A stretch of DNA of 64,000 nucleotides, taken from positions 10,764 to 74,763 of the forward strand of contig JABHZQ010000020.1 of NCBI GenBank assembly GCA_018656555.1, read 5' to 3'. Origin of the DNA: an archaeon. Lineage in GTDB: Archaea > Nanobdellota > Nanobdellia > SCGC-AAA011-G17 > GW2011-AR17. Position numbers and translations under genes: made by a program. The first letter of the stretch is position 1; each line of letters starts with the position of its first letter. The notes beneath the pieces were generated by a model. It did no database searches, was not told where the DNA came from, and was given only the letters and a program-made list of their open reading frames with translations. Of the stretch, positions 29,063 to 39,227 are shown in pieces.

Positions 29063-29956
29063 ATGAAAACACCAGGATATAGAGATAACCCTAGACATTT
29101 AGAACAATATCTAAAGCAGATAGGAAGATATGCACTTTTATCTAGAGATGAAGAGCAGTTTTATGGTAGTTTATACTCTGAGAGATGTATGGGAGTTAGA
29201 GAGGAGGCTCAAAGAATTTTGATTAATCGTAATTTGAGATTAGTTGTTTCTATTGCACGAAAATTTCAAGGGAGAGGAGTAGATTTTATGGATTTGATTC
29301 AAGAGGGAAATTTGGGTTTGTATAAAGCTATTGAGAAGTTTAACTATAAAAAAGGGTTTAAGATTAGTACTTATGCTACTTGGTGGATTAAGCAAGCTAT
29401 TCAAAGAGGAATTGATCAGAGTTGTAGAGAGATTAGGGCTCCTGTACATATTCATGAAACTGCAAGGACTTTAGAAAATGCTAGGCATTATTTAAAGAGA
29501 AATATGGATAGAGAACCCACTGATGATGAATTGCTATATATTACAGGTATTACATCTTCTAAGCTGGAAAAGGTAAGAGAAGCTCCTATGGCTGCACAGA
29601 TTTTAGATAGTTTTATTGATGGTGAAAATGAGGAAGGTATGAGGGTGGGTGATGGACTTGTAGATGGGGGGGTTGTTGATCCTGTTGAAGTTATGGATGA
29701 AGATAGAGTTTCTAAAGGATTAGATATGGTATTAGACAATTTAGAAATGATTATGAATGCTGAGGGAAGATCAGGAACAAGAGATGTGGATATTTTTAGG
29801 AGAAGAAAAGGATTGAATGGTTATGCTGTTCATACTTTAGATGAATGTGGTGCTGTTCATGAGATTACCCGTGAGAGAGCAAGGCAGATTGAGGTTAAAG
29901 TCATGTGGAGATTAAGGCATCCTTCTAGAAGAGATGCTCTTGCAGCTTTAAGATAG
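29063..29956 (+). CDS. RNA polymerase sigma-70 family factor (regions 1.2, 2, 3, 4)
   Basis: [61 protein letters not shown]...IRAPVHIHE (regions 2-3); [33 protein letters not shown] (region 4.2). Near-identical to E. coli RpoD in these segments. Confidence 0.8.
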   Translation: MKTPGYRDNPRHLEQYLKQIGRYALLSRDEEQFYGSLYSERCMGVREEAQRILINRNLRLVVSIARKFQGRGVDFMDLIQEGNLGLYKAIEKFNYKKGFKISTYATWWIKQAIQRGIDQSCREIRAPVHIHETARTLENARHYLKRNMDREPTDDELLYITGITSSKLEKVREAPMAAQILDSFIDGENEEGMRVGDGLVDGGVVDPVEVMDEDRVSKGLDMVLDNLEMIMNAEGRSGTRDVDIFRRRKGLNGYAVHTLDECGAVHEITRERARQIEVKVMWRLRHPSRRDALAALR

Positions 29957-29980
29957 TTTTTTAAATCTTTATTCTATTAA

Positions 29981-31117
29981 TTGCGTATGGATATAGCAAG
30001 AGAGTATCATTTAAAGTCTTTGTTTACAAGAGAATTGTTTGAGATTTATTTTCTTTTGATTACTAGGGCCTTATCTTTTTCTATGATTGGAATTTTTATT
30101 CCTTTGTATTTGTTTGTAGAATTAAGTTATAGTTTGAATTGGGTTATTTATTACTATCTTGCTTTTATTTTGTCTTTTTTCCTTTTTCAGTATATTGCAA
30201 CTTTTGTAATTATGAGGTTTGGTGCTAAACATTCGATGATTACTGGTGTATTTTTTACTATAGGGATGATTTTTCTTATTTATTTTTTAAGAGATTATTC
30301 TTTCTTATTTTTTCCAGCTGCTATATTTTATGGAATACAGGGTGCTTTTTTTTGGATGGGATTTCATATTGATGCGGTTTTAAAGGGAAGAAAGAGAGAT
30401 TTTGGAAAGGAGTCAGCGATTATAGAGACTGGTTTGATTTTACCTTCTATTATAGGTCCGATTGTTGGTGGGCTTTTGATTAAGTTTTTTGGATTTGGTG
30501 CTCTTTATGGTGTGGCTATATGTATTTTGATTGTTTCTTTTATTCCTTTGTTATTTTCTAAAGAGGTTTATGCTAGAGAGAAGTTGAATTTAAAATCTTT
30601 TTTTGATAAAGATCATTTGAAGTATTTCTTTATTTACTTTGCACAAGGTATTGGATTTATTTCTGGACATGTTTTTTGGACTTTGTTTATTTTTGCAGTT
30701 ATTGGTGGATATTTATCAATGGGAGTTTATGGTTCTGTAGCTACCTTATTAGTTTGTCTAATAACTCTATTTATTGGTAAGGTTGTTGATGAAGGTAAGA
30801 AGAGTAAGTTTGTGGTTAGATTAGGAACTGGATTTAATATACTATTTTGGATTTTGAAGATCTTTGTAAGTAATATTTTTCAAGTGTTTGCAGTGGGTAC
30901 TTTAAGGAGTGCAGCTTCACATGTGATTGATGTTCCTTTTTTAGCTAAGACTTATAGTACAGCTAAGGGACATAAAGCTATTAGTCATATATTATTTAGA
31001 GAAACTTGTTTGAGAATTGGTCAAATCTTTTGTTTGGTTTTAGTGTTAATAATAGGAAAAATAGAATCTTCTTTTATCATCTCTGCAATTGCAAGTGTAG
31101 CTTTTTTCTTTTTTTAA
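29981..31117 (+). CDS. polytopic membrane protein, hypothetical
   Basis: 378 aa, about 10 TM segments. Confidence 0.45.
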   Translation: MRMDIAREYHLKSLFTRELFEIYFLLITRALSFSMIGIFIPLYLFVELSYSLNWVIYYYLAFILSFFLFQYIATFVIMRFGAKHSMITGVFFTIGMIFLIYFLRDYSFLFFPAAIFYGIQGAFFWMGFHIDAVLKGRKRDFGKESAIIETGLILPSIIGPIVGGLLIKFFGFGALYGVAICILIVSFIPLLFSKEVYAREKLNLKSFFDKDHLKYFFIYFAQGIGFISGHVFWTLFIFAVIGGYLSMGVYGSVATLLVCLITLFIGKVVDEGKKSKFVVRLGTGFNILFWILKIFVSNIFQVFAVGTLRSAASHVIDVPFLAKTYSTAKGHKAISHILFRETCLRIGQIFCLVLVLIIGKIESSFIISAIASVAFFFF

Positions 31118-31338
31118 CCTAATCTAGTGTCTAGGTCATCTTTTTTAGCTTTACCAGCTTTACTGGCTTCAGCTTCAAGATCAACACCAAGTTCTTTCAA
31201 TGCTTTTACATGTGCTTCGATTTGTTGTTGAACCACTTGTAATAGTTTGTAGAATTCTTGTTGTTCAATTGCTAATACTGATAGTGCACCCTTATGGATA
31301 CCAATTTGTTCTTCTTTTGTTGGTTTTTTTTCTTCCAT
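31114..31338 (-). CDS. small coiled-coil protein, hypothetical
   Basis: 74 aa. Confidence 0.35.
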   Translation of the reverse strand: MEEKKPTKEEQIGIHKGALSVLAIEQQEFYKLLQVVQQQIEAHVKALKELGVDLEAEASKAGKAKKDDLDTRLG

Positions 31339-31351
31339 TGTAATCTATATT

Positions 31352-31687
31352 TTGAAGGAAATACTTATAAAGGTTATGGTAAAAATGAGAATTATGGCTA
31401 AAGAAAAGAAAGCAGAGGCTAAGAAATTTAGTTTAGAGGCTCTAATTGAGAGAATATTGCCCAAAAGTGAAGGAAAGGGGCTTATTTCGGGTAGTTATAA
31501 CCTTGCTCAATCTTTGTTGCAATATGTAGGAAAGGGCACAGATTTGGCTGTTTATGGTATTAAAAGCACCTATAGTGCAGGTTTAAAGTTTGCTAGAGAG
31601 AGACCAGAATTGACTGTTGCTTTTCTTTGTGTGGCACCTTTGCCAATATTGTATTATATGCCCTATATTCCGATTATAGGCCTTTAA
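31352..31687 (+). CDS. hypothetical protein
   Basis: 111 aa. Confidence 0.3.
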   Translation: MKEILIKVMVKMRIMAKEKKAEAKKFSLEALIERILPKSEGKGLISGSYNLAQSLLQYVGKGTDLAVYGIKSTYSAGLKFARERPELTVAFLCVAPLPILYYMPYIPIIGL

Positions 31688-32720
31688 TTCTCCAATAACT
31701 ATCCCAAGCCTTTAGAATTTTTTTGTATTTGATAAAAATTATAGGATAATGGTGATGTAATGCAATTAGGAATTTTTCTCTAAATCCTGGTGCGGTTTCT
31801 GTATCTGGATCATCTTTTTCTAGTAATGGTTTTTCAATTCTTCCAAAAGGTGTGTACATATGGTTAACAAATGTTTGCCAGTCTTTTCCAATTCTTTCTA
31901 ACCATGCATTTTCATCTTCAGAATTTACTCCCCAGCCATTATCACTTCCTTTCATTACCTTGAATCCTTTTTCATTTATTCTTTGTTCTATTCTGGCAAC
32001 ATATTTTTCCCAGGTTTCTCCTCTTTCTCTGTAGATTATTTCTGTTTCTTTGGGTAGTTTTACAAATCCTACAAAAAAGATATCTGCAGGATGACCACCA
32101 TAGAATGTTATGTTGGATTTTTTTAATTGTTTAAATGGAGTTAAGATTGCTGCATTTGTATCTCTCCAACCTTCTGGTTTTGCTCCATGGGCAGTTACTA
32201 CATGATTTAATGTGAAATGGACAGTAGCTTTCCATCTTGATGCATGCCAGAATTTGGATCTAACTAGTCTTCTTCTTTCACAACTTTGTTCAAAGTATTC
32301 CTTGTTTGTCATACTTACTGCAATTAAATCCTCTTCTTTGAATTCTCTAAAGTCTTTTGATTGAATGACAAGTCTTTTTAATTCATCTTGAGCTTCCTTT
32401 AGATTACAGGTAGTATTTACTACTGTTTTTTTATGTTTTATTTGAACCCTACAGGTTGGTTTTGAGAAATGTAAGAATTTTTGGAAGTCTAGTATTTCTG
32501 TTTCTATCTCTGATATTTTGAAAGATTGGCTTTTTTGCATTTCATCGTCATAGATGGTGGTATTTCTTAGTCCTAATCCTCTAGGGAAGAATAAGTCTAT
32601 AGTGGGGTATTTTTCATCTGTTGTAAGTTTTAAATAAGGATTGAATTTAACAATAATATGTGATTTTTCATCAGTGCTTTCTACTTTTAGAACAATATTA
32701 TCTACTTCTAGATTACTCAT
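31674..32720 (-). CDS. hypothetical protein
   Basis: 348 aa, no recognised motif. Confidence 0.45.
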   Translation of the reverse strand: MSNLEVDNIVLKVESTDEKSHIIVKFNPYLKLTTDEKYPTIDLFFPRGLGLRNTTIYDDEMQKSQSFKISEIETEILDFQKFLHFSKPTCRVQIKHKKTVVNTTCNLKEAQDELKRLVIQSKDFREFKEEDLIAVSMTNKEYFEQSCERRRLVRSKFWHASRWKATVHFTLNHVVTAHGAKPEGWRDTNAAILTPFKQLKKSNITFYGGHPADIFFVGFVKLPKETEIIYRERGETWEKYVARIEQRINEKGFKVMKGSDNGWGVNSEDENAWLERIGKDWQTFVNHMYTPFGRIEKPLLEKDDPDTETAPGFREKFLIALHHHYPIIFIKYKKILKAWDSYWRIKGL

Positions 32721-32758
32721 ATATTTTTTTAAGATTTATTTTTTTATAAATGTTACTC

Positions 32759-32995
32759 TTATAGAAACTCATTATGTCCAAAATGAATTATTAAATCATA
32801 TTTTTCTTTTGGAGTGTCACAAGCACCATAGCAAGAATCTAAAGATATGATTATCTTTGCTTTTGTATGTTTTTTTAATTGATCTACTATTTTAGTAGCT
32901 TCAGGTTTTAGACCATCTGCTAATTGGATTAGAATTGTCTTTGGTTTTTCTTTTTTTATTGTTGCAATTACTTTTTTTAGTTCTAGATCAAACAT
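32759..32995 (-). pseudogene. Dph2-like N-terminal fragment (78 aa), possibly truncated diphthamide-synthesis gene
   Basis: ILIQLADGLKPEATKIVDQLKK...IIISLDSCYGACD...IIHFGH resembles the archaeal Dph2 N-terminus (about 340 aa full length), but the ORF stops after 78 aa. Confidence 0.45.
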
Positions 32996-33046
32996 TTGTT
33001 TTATTAATGAATTGTTCTTTTTATATATTATGTTTTATGAACAAAG

Positions 33047-34369
33047 TTAAATGTTATTTAATTCTTCAGAATATATAGATTTTAATGGTTTTACTATGTT
33101 CTTTGGTAAATTTTTCATTGAGTGTAGTTTGAAGAAGTGGTTGATTAATTGGTCTTCTCTTTCTTGTGCTTCTGCTAGGAATTGTTTTTTGAATAGATCT
33201 ATTAGATATCCTCTTGCTTTGTTTTTGTATGCTAAATAGAATGCTAAGAGTTGTTGGTCTCTGGCTTCTTCACTTTTTTCATAACAGTCTGCTTCCTTTC
33301 CTTGGAAAAGGCAGTATAACTTTTTGTGTTCTTTATTGAATAATGGTTTGAGATTTGCTATTTTTGGATTGATGTTGTTTGCAACTAAGAATAAACCCAG
33401 TCTTGCACATTTTGAACATTCATGACACCATCTGGATTCTAATGAAGCGTCAAGACAATCACAGGATATTTCATATTTTGCAAAATCTGGATATCTTTTG
33501 AAGAGTACTCTCATTATTGCTATATTTGTAAGTGGTTGGATTAAGCTGGATAGCTTTGCTTCTTTGTTTGTGATTAGGGATAGCATTATGTTTTGCTGTC
33601 GCATCCATTCTCTTGTTTGATCATATGCTGGATAGGTTCGGTAGCCTTCTTTATTTACAAAGTAGAAGTTCATGTCTTCTTGGTTGCCAACTATTATGTG
33701 CTTTGCTTTGTAGTAGTGTGAGAAAGGGAGAGCAAGTAGTGAGAATCCTGTTAACATGTGGGTGTAACCTAGACAGGTTTCTTCAGTGTCCCAGGTTTCA
33801 AAGTCATTTAACTTTTCTAATTCATTTTTTACAATATGGATTGGAATCTTATGTTCGTTTGATATTTTTTCCATATGTTTTAGTTTTAGTTTGTTTTCTG
33901 TAGGTGATACAGTATCATTTATGTAGACTCCAACAGGGTTTAGATCTAATTCTTGTGCTGCTGCTAGTGAGAGTAAGGAATCTTTTCCTGCTGAGAAAGA
34001 TACTATTGCATTTTCTTCTAGCTGTTCTTTGTAATTTGGATATTTTACTTGATTGTTCTTGAATTTGTAATCTATGTTTAGGAATTGTTTGATTGTTTCT
34101 TGTGTTGATTGATCATAATCATCTGTTGAATGGGCTATTGAATTGATTATTGCAGTTGAGAAGAATGATTTTAAGAGAGGTAGTGAAGTATTATAGTTTA
34201 CTTTGTTGTTTTTTGAGATTAAAGGGGTGTTGATAGTTAGTAAATGTGCTAGGTTGTCTGTTAAGAACTCTTTTTCAGGATAGGCTTGCCAAATTAATTT
34301 TGGAAACTTTAATTGGTACTTGTTGTTTATTGTTATTCCATTTGGTTGTCTCTTTATTTCTAAGTCCAT
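33047..34369 (-). CDS. PP-loop ATP pyrophosphatase superfamily protein with C-terminal Cys cluster
   Basis: SFSAGKDS (SGGxDS-type PP-loop); C-terminal CDC...WCHECSKC. Confidence 0.55.
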   Translation of the reverse strand: MDLEIKRQPNGITINNKYQLKFPKLIWQAYPEKEFLTDNLAHLLTINTPLISKNNKVNYNTSLPLLKSFFSTAIINSIAHSTDDYDQSTQETIKQFLNIDYKFKNNQVKYPNYKEQLEENAIVSFSAGKDSLLSLAAAQELDLNPVGVYINDTVSPTENKLKLKHMEKISNEHKIPIHIVKNELEKLNDFETWDTEETCLGYTHMLTGFSLLALPFSHYYKAKHIIVGNQEDMNFYFVNKEGYRTYPAYDQTREWMRQQNIMLSLITNKEAKLSSLIQPLTNIAIMRVLFKRYPDFAKYEISCDCLDASLESRWCHECSKCARLGLFLVANNINPKIANLKPLFNKEHKKLYCLFQGKEADCYEKSEEARDQQLLAFYLAYKNKARGYLIDLFKKQFLAEAQEREDQLINHFFKLHSMKNLPKNIVKPLKSIYSEELNNI

Positions 34370-34411
34370 GTAACAAACTTAAGAATTAAGATATTTATAG
34401 TTTATTGTAGT

Positions 34412-35581
34412 CTATTTGAGGTATTTTACCATAAATGGATATATACTTACTAAAGATATTAACATGATAATACCAAAAACCAAATAACCATAACTATAAG
34501 AAATTACCATAATAAAACCTGCTAGATAGGCTAACACAGATTGAAATAATTTTCCTATTTGTTGTTTTATTGATAACATAGTAGCTTTAAATCTTCTATT
34601 GAGTAAGAAGTTATTAATGTAATACTCATCAATTAATGAGTTTCTTGCATGAAAGTATCCTACTTGTATTGCAAATATTAAACCAAGAATATATGGATTT
34701 AGTAGTTGTGAGATTAGTATAAATGATCCAGAAAAGAAAACCATTTCAAAAAATAATAGCTTTTTGATATTTATTTTTTTAATTTGTTTTAGGTTATGGC
34801 CTATAACAAACCAAAATACTCTTGAAAGGGCCATTATTGAACCTATTAAAATAATTGGGAATCCTAATAATGCTACAAAAGGTTCTTTATAGACCGATAG
34901 ACTAAATACAAATGCACTAATAATCCCTAAAAATAAGGATGTGATGTAAAATCCAGTTCCTTTGAATTTTTTTAATTGAGACCATATCTTTTCTCCTTCT
35001 TCATCTTCAGCACTATATTTTATTTTAGGGGAAAATAATGAAAAGGCCATTACAATTCCAATTAGATCAAAGATTAGAAATACTTTTATAGGTAAAACTA
35101 AAGAAATTCCTGCTAGTAAAGGTAATAGTAAGATCATTACTGCTGAAACTAATGATGCCTTTGCATGTAGTTTTCCAAAAATTTCACCATATTCTTTTTC
35201 TCTTTTTAATCCTACAAGGGTGTTATGTAGAAAGGCTCCACTTGTTCCAGAGGTAAATGAGAATCCGAATCCCATAAAAATTGCTCCTAGGATAAAATAA
35301 GGGAATGAATTACCAAAAATAAAGAATAAAGTAGATATTAGCATAGAGAATTTTGCCATTATTAATGTTTTTTTATGTCCAAATATATCTGAAATATATC
35401 CAGAAGGTATTTCTAGAATAAATCCAGCAAACCAACCTATTCCTGTGTATATTCCTATTTGTTGGGCAGTTGTATTTGGAAGAGATAGAAAATATAGAGC
35501 TAAGATAGGGATATAATTTCTTCTATTACTTACTATAAGTATGAAAAATTTCCAAATATTAGCTTGTAATTCTTTTTTCAC
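34412..35581 (-). CDS. MFS-like transporter/membrane protein
   Basis: 389 aa, about 12 TM segments. Confidence 0.45.
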   Translation of the reverse strand: MKKELQANIWKFFILIVSNRRNYIPILALYFLSLPNTTAQQIGIYTGIGWFAGFILEIPSGYISDIFGHKKTLIMAKFSMLISTLFFIFGNSFPYFILGAIFMGFGFSFTSGTSGAFLHNTLVGLKREKEYGEIFGKLHAKASLVSAVMILLLPLLAGISLVLPIKVFLIFDLIGIVMAFSLFSPKIKYSAEDEEGEKIWSQLKKFKGTGFYITSLFLGIISAFVFSLSVYKEPFVALLGFPIILIGSIMALSRVFWFVIGHNLKQIKKINIKKLLFFEMVFFSGSFILISQLLNPYILGLIFAIQVGYFHARNSLIDEYYINNFLLNRRFKATMLSIKQQIGKLFQSVLAYLAGFIMVISYSYGYLVFGIIMLISLVSIYPFMVKYLK

Positions 35582-35620
35582 ATAATCAACAATATATTAT
35601 AGGTTATAATTATATCGAAT

Positions 35621-37258
35621 TTAGAATAATTCACTTAGATTTAATTCAAAGGCAGCAACTGGGAATTCTAGTGAAAAGTTTTCAAGAACTTGTGGATGAA
35701 TTTCACCAATGTATGCAACATCTTTACCTTTTACTGTGATCCTAGCTGTTCTTCCAGGAATAAAAGAGGGATGTTCTGCTTCTTTTGTTTCATATTTAAT
35801 GTTTAACATTCTCATTAGGTAGTCGAAGGATTGTTTTATTTTTGTGAAGTTGGCTGTTGCATCACAAACTAGTACAGCAACTCTATCATTTTCTTCTACT
35901 CCACTTTCAGTTTTACCTTTTTTGAAGATTCTTCCTATGGTGAATATGTTTTGAGGATAGTCATATTGTTTGTTTTCACTTAGAATTTGTAATAATGAAG
36001 GAATTATCCAAGCTCTTAGGGTTGAGTACTCTTGGCTGAATGCATTTGCTAGTTTTATTGTATGCATTTTAGTATTCATTTTCTTGGTTTGTAGATCTTC
36101 ATTTGTAAGATTGTAAGTATCACATTCTAGAAGTTGATTTCCAGCTAATATTTCAGCTACTTTTCTTTTGAATATTTCAAAAGGGTTTTCTTTTCCAATT
36201 GTTGCTACATTTGGAATCTCAGCATCAAAGTTTTCATATCCATAAGCAATTGCAATGTCCTCAGCAAAATCTACTTGATGCATTATATCTGCCCTATAAG
36301 CAGGAACTAGAACTTTGCCCTTTGCATAACCATATCCCATTTTTTCTAGTAATGTTTTTACTTCTTTTTCTTTTAGATTTAATCCCAGTCTTTTATTTAT
36401 GTAATCTATATCCATGTTCCAGGATTTGGGTTTTAGATCTGGACAATCAAATTTTAACTTTTCTTTTGGAATTTCTACTTTAAGTGAATAAATCTTTCCA
36501 CCCATATCAGATAGTGCTGTAGCAATAATGTTGATTGCTTGTTTAATGATCTTAAGATCTGGACCAGTAGCTTCAATGAAAACATCAGTTGTTGTCTCAT
36601 CAATCTTTCCAACATCATGAGAGTTGATAACTGGCGGCATTGACATAAAGGTTCCATTTGCATCTGTGAAGACTGGGAATGTTTTCCAATTTTCCATTAG
36701 ATGGCCATATTCTCTTCCTTTTGGATGTTGACTTAGCATTTGTAATGCAGTTATTTCTTTTGGAAATTCTAATGGTCTAAATTTAATCTCTTTTGGATTT
36801 TTACCTGAGAATGTGATTGGGAATTTAACTTTATTTACTGGATATAATCCAATTCCACCCTTAGCCCTGTTTCTTGTTAGGGTTGTTCCTAGTTTTTCTT
36901 GAATTTGGATGATCTCTCTGACTTTTTCATCATCTAGTTTTAATCCTCTTACCACACAACCTATTGCATAAGGCCATTCCTTTGGTAAGTTTTTAACAAT
37001 AAGTTTATCATTAGTTTTGTTTACTTTATATTCTTTTAATCCGGTTTTTACACCAATGAATGAGGAGAAGGCTCTTGCAAATCCTTGTTCTGATAACATA
37101 TCTGGTCTATTGGGAAATATCTCTACTGAGATTTCATCTCCTTCAATGCTATCTAGATCAGTACCCATCATAGAAATTCTATCTTTTAGTTTTTCAATTG
37201 GGAGTTTCTTACCTACTAACTTTTCAAATACTTTTTTGTTTAGTTTTACAGTTGGCAT
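35621..37258 (-). CDS. pheT: phenylalanine--tRNA ligase beta subunit (archaeal type)
   Basis: 545 aa, archaeal length; adjacent to pheS. Confidence 0.8.
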   Translation of the reverse strand: MPTVKLNKKVFEKLVGKKLPIEKLKDRISMMGTDLDSIEGDEISVEIFPNRPDMLSEQGFARAFSSFIGVKTGLKEYKVNKTNDKLIVKNLPKEWPYAIGCVVRGLKLDDEKVREIIQIQEKLGTTLTRNRAKGGIGLYPVNKVKFPITFSGKNPKEIKFRPLEFPKEITALQMLSQHPKGREYGHLMENWKTFPVFTDANGTFMSMPPVINSHDVGKIDETTTDVFIEATGPDLKIIKQAINIIATALSDMGGKIYSLKVEIPKEKLKFDCPDLKPKSWNMDIDYINKRLGLNLKEKEVKTLLEKMGYGYAKGKVLVPAYRADIMHQVDFAEDIAIAYGYENFDAEIPNVATIGKENPFEIFKRKVAEILAGNQLLECDTYNLTNEDLQTKKMNTKMHTIKLANAFSQEYSTLRAWIIPSLLQILSENKQYDYPQNIFTIGRIFKKGKTESGVEENDRVAVLVCDATANFTKIKQSFDYLMRMLNIKYETKEAEHPSFIPGRTARITVKGKDVAYIGEIHPQVLENFSLEFPVAAFELNLSELF

Positions 37259-37259
37259 T

Positions 37260-38756
37260 TTATTTTATCCAGTTTTTAATCTCCCTTAATTGTTTAAGAT
37301 CATTTTTGTAAAGTTCTCTAATATCATTTATTTTGTAAAATTCAAGGATTATTCTATCAAAACCAGGACCCCAAGCTAATACTGGTACATCCTTACCTAA
37401 TATTGGAATTACAACTTCAGGTCTAAACATTCCTGCCCCTCCAAGTTCTACCCATTTTTTGTGAACTGGATGGAATACATCAATTTCAACTGATGGTTCA
37501 GTGTAAGGGAAATGTGCAGGTCTGAATCTTGCTTTAGGGAATCCCATTTTAGTGAAGAATTGCTTCAAATAACCAAGCAAGTGTCTGAAATTAGCATTTT
37601 CATCAATTACAATTCCTTCTGTTTGATTGAATTCAAATATGTGGCTCCAGTCTAAAGCTTCATTTCTATAACATCTACCTAGTGCAAAGTATTTTTTTGG
37701 TAGATCTTTAATATCTAACTGTGCAATTGTTCTTGCAGATAGATTAGTAGTGTGTGTTCTTAGGACATTTCTCTTTGCATCATTTTCATCCCATTTATAT
37801 TGCCAACCAGTACTTCCAGGAGTGCCTTTCTCATGAGCTTTTTTAACTTTACTTACAAATTCTTTTGGAAGTTTTGCATCTCTTGGATTTGCTATGTAAA
37901 AAGTATCTTGTAAATCTCTTACTGGGTGATCTTGTGCTGTGAATAATGAATCAAAAACCCAGAAGCTTGAATCTAACATTGGACCAGTCATTTCTTCGAA
38001 TCCCATTTCTAGCCAGATCTTCTTTGCATAGTCTGTTGCCTGCTTTACAAAGTGTCTTTTTCCACCATAAATGTTTGGAACATTGATTTTTACATCATAT
38101 CTTCTGAATTCTTTATCTTTCCAGGTTCCTTTTTTTATGTGTGCTGGAGTTAAAGCTTCAATTAGATCTAGGTCTAGTTTTTGTTTTATTAGTTTTTTAC
38201 CTAGTAATGTTAATTTTATTGTTCTTATTTTTTCTAGATTTGTTTCTATGATATTTTTTCTTTTCTTTAGATTATTATATGCTAGTTTGTTCTCATTTTC
38301 TATTTCTTTTAGATCTTTAGGTAATTTTGATAGGAATATTTCCTCTATGAAATCTTTTGTTAGAAGTTTTCTTCCATTGGGGCTTAGTGTTATTTCTTTG
38401 CCCATTTGAATTGCTGCTTTTTTCTTTAGTTCCCCTATTGCAATGTTTAATTCGGATTTGGGAAGATCTATGTTTTTTATTGTAAGTTTACCCTTATCTT
38501 TTAATTGATCTAGAAGTCTTCTTTCTGGTAGTTTAACTTTGGTATATTTCTTTCCAAGCTCACCAAGAGTTACTAGTTCTTTAAGCTCTAAACTAATTTC
38601 AATAACTTTTTTGTTTTGTAGCCATTGAAGGGCTCTCATTACTTCCACTTCTTGTTTTTTTGTTTTTTTGACTAATTGTTTTAGAGTTATAGAATCTTCT
38701 ACTTTAGGTAAGACTTCCCTTTCAAGAGGACTTAGACTTTTTATTAAGTCGTTCAT
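37260..38756 (-). CDS. pheS: phenylalanine--tRNA ligase alpha subunit (archaeal/eukaryotic type)
   Basis: 498 aa; class II core FTAQDHPVRDLQDTFYI; GGAGMFRPEV. Confidence 0.85.
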   Translation of the reverse strand: MNDLIKSLSPLEREVLPKVEDSITLKQLVKKTKKQEVEVMRALQWLQNKKVIEISLELKELVTLGELGKKYTKVKLPERRLLDQLKDKGKLTIKNIDLPKSELNIAIGELKKKAAIQMGKEITLSPNGRKLLTKDFIEEIFLSKLPKDLKEIENENKLAYNNLKKRKNIIETNLEKIRTIKLTLLGKKLIKQKLDLDLIEALTPAHIKKGTWKDKEFRRYDVKINVPNIYGGKRHFVKQATDYAKKIWLEMGFEEMTGPMLDSSFWVFDSLFTAQDHPVRDLQDTFYIANPRDAKLPKEFVSKVKKAHEKGTPGSTGWQYKWDENDAKRNVLRTHTTNLSARTIAQLDIKDLPKKYFALGRCYRNEALDWSHIFEFNQTEGIVIDENANFRHLLGYLKQFFTKMGFPKARFRPAHFPYTEPSVEIDVFHPVHKKWVELGGAGMFRPEVVIPILGKDVPVLAWGPGFDRIILEFYKINDIRELYKNDLKQLREIKNWIK

Positions 38757-38809
38757 TAGAATATATAAATAATTATTATGTTTTTAAATTTATCTAAATT
38801 TTGTAGGAT

Positions 38810-39226
38810 TTAAGGATTTGTTGGAATAGTTGGTGCTTCTGCTGGAGTTTTAGGTATTTGATCTGCTGCTAAATTTTCTAGGAGAAGAAGTGTTCCATGA
38901 TCAGTTAAAATTATTATATCTTGATCTCCATCTCCTTCCATATCTCTAACTTCCATTAATGGGGAATTATCTCCATAGCTTAGATTGTCTTTAGCACATG
39001 CAGAATATATCCATTCGTTACCATTATGAGTATATTCGTCACTACAAATAACATGTCTTGCAAAAGAGGTTCCAACTAATTCATCTATTGTAGTTACTTC
39101 GGCAACAGGTTCAGGTTCAACAGGTTCAGGAACAGTTCTTCCAGTTTCATAATCATCATTACCAGAACAAGCACCTAGGGCTAATCCTAAGCCAATTGCA
39201 AAAGAAGTATAAAAAAATCTTTTCAT
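38810..39226 (-). CDS. secreted lipoprotein with FG-GAP/calcium-binding-like motif
   Basis: LGLALGACSG; DMEGDGDQDIII. Confidence 0.45.
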   Translation of the reverse strand: MKRFFYTSFAIGLGLALGACSGNDDYETGRTVPEPVEPEPVAEVTTIDELVGTSFARHVICSDEYTHNGNEWIYSACAKDNLSYGDNSPLMEVRDMEGDGDQDIIILTDHGTLLLLENLAADQIPKTPAEAPTIPTNP

Positions 39227-39227
39227 T

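Noticed and set aside
28488-31117. Sigma-70, cyclophilin and membrane gene as part of the integrated element or a second island
   Set aside because: They lie outside the att direct repeats and have host-like, C-poor codon usage. No second repeat pair or integrase was found. They are treated as chromosomal, and the sigma gene is reported as a finding rather than dismissed.
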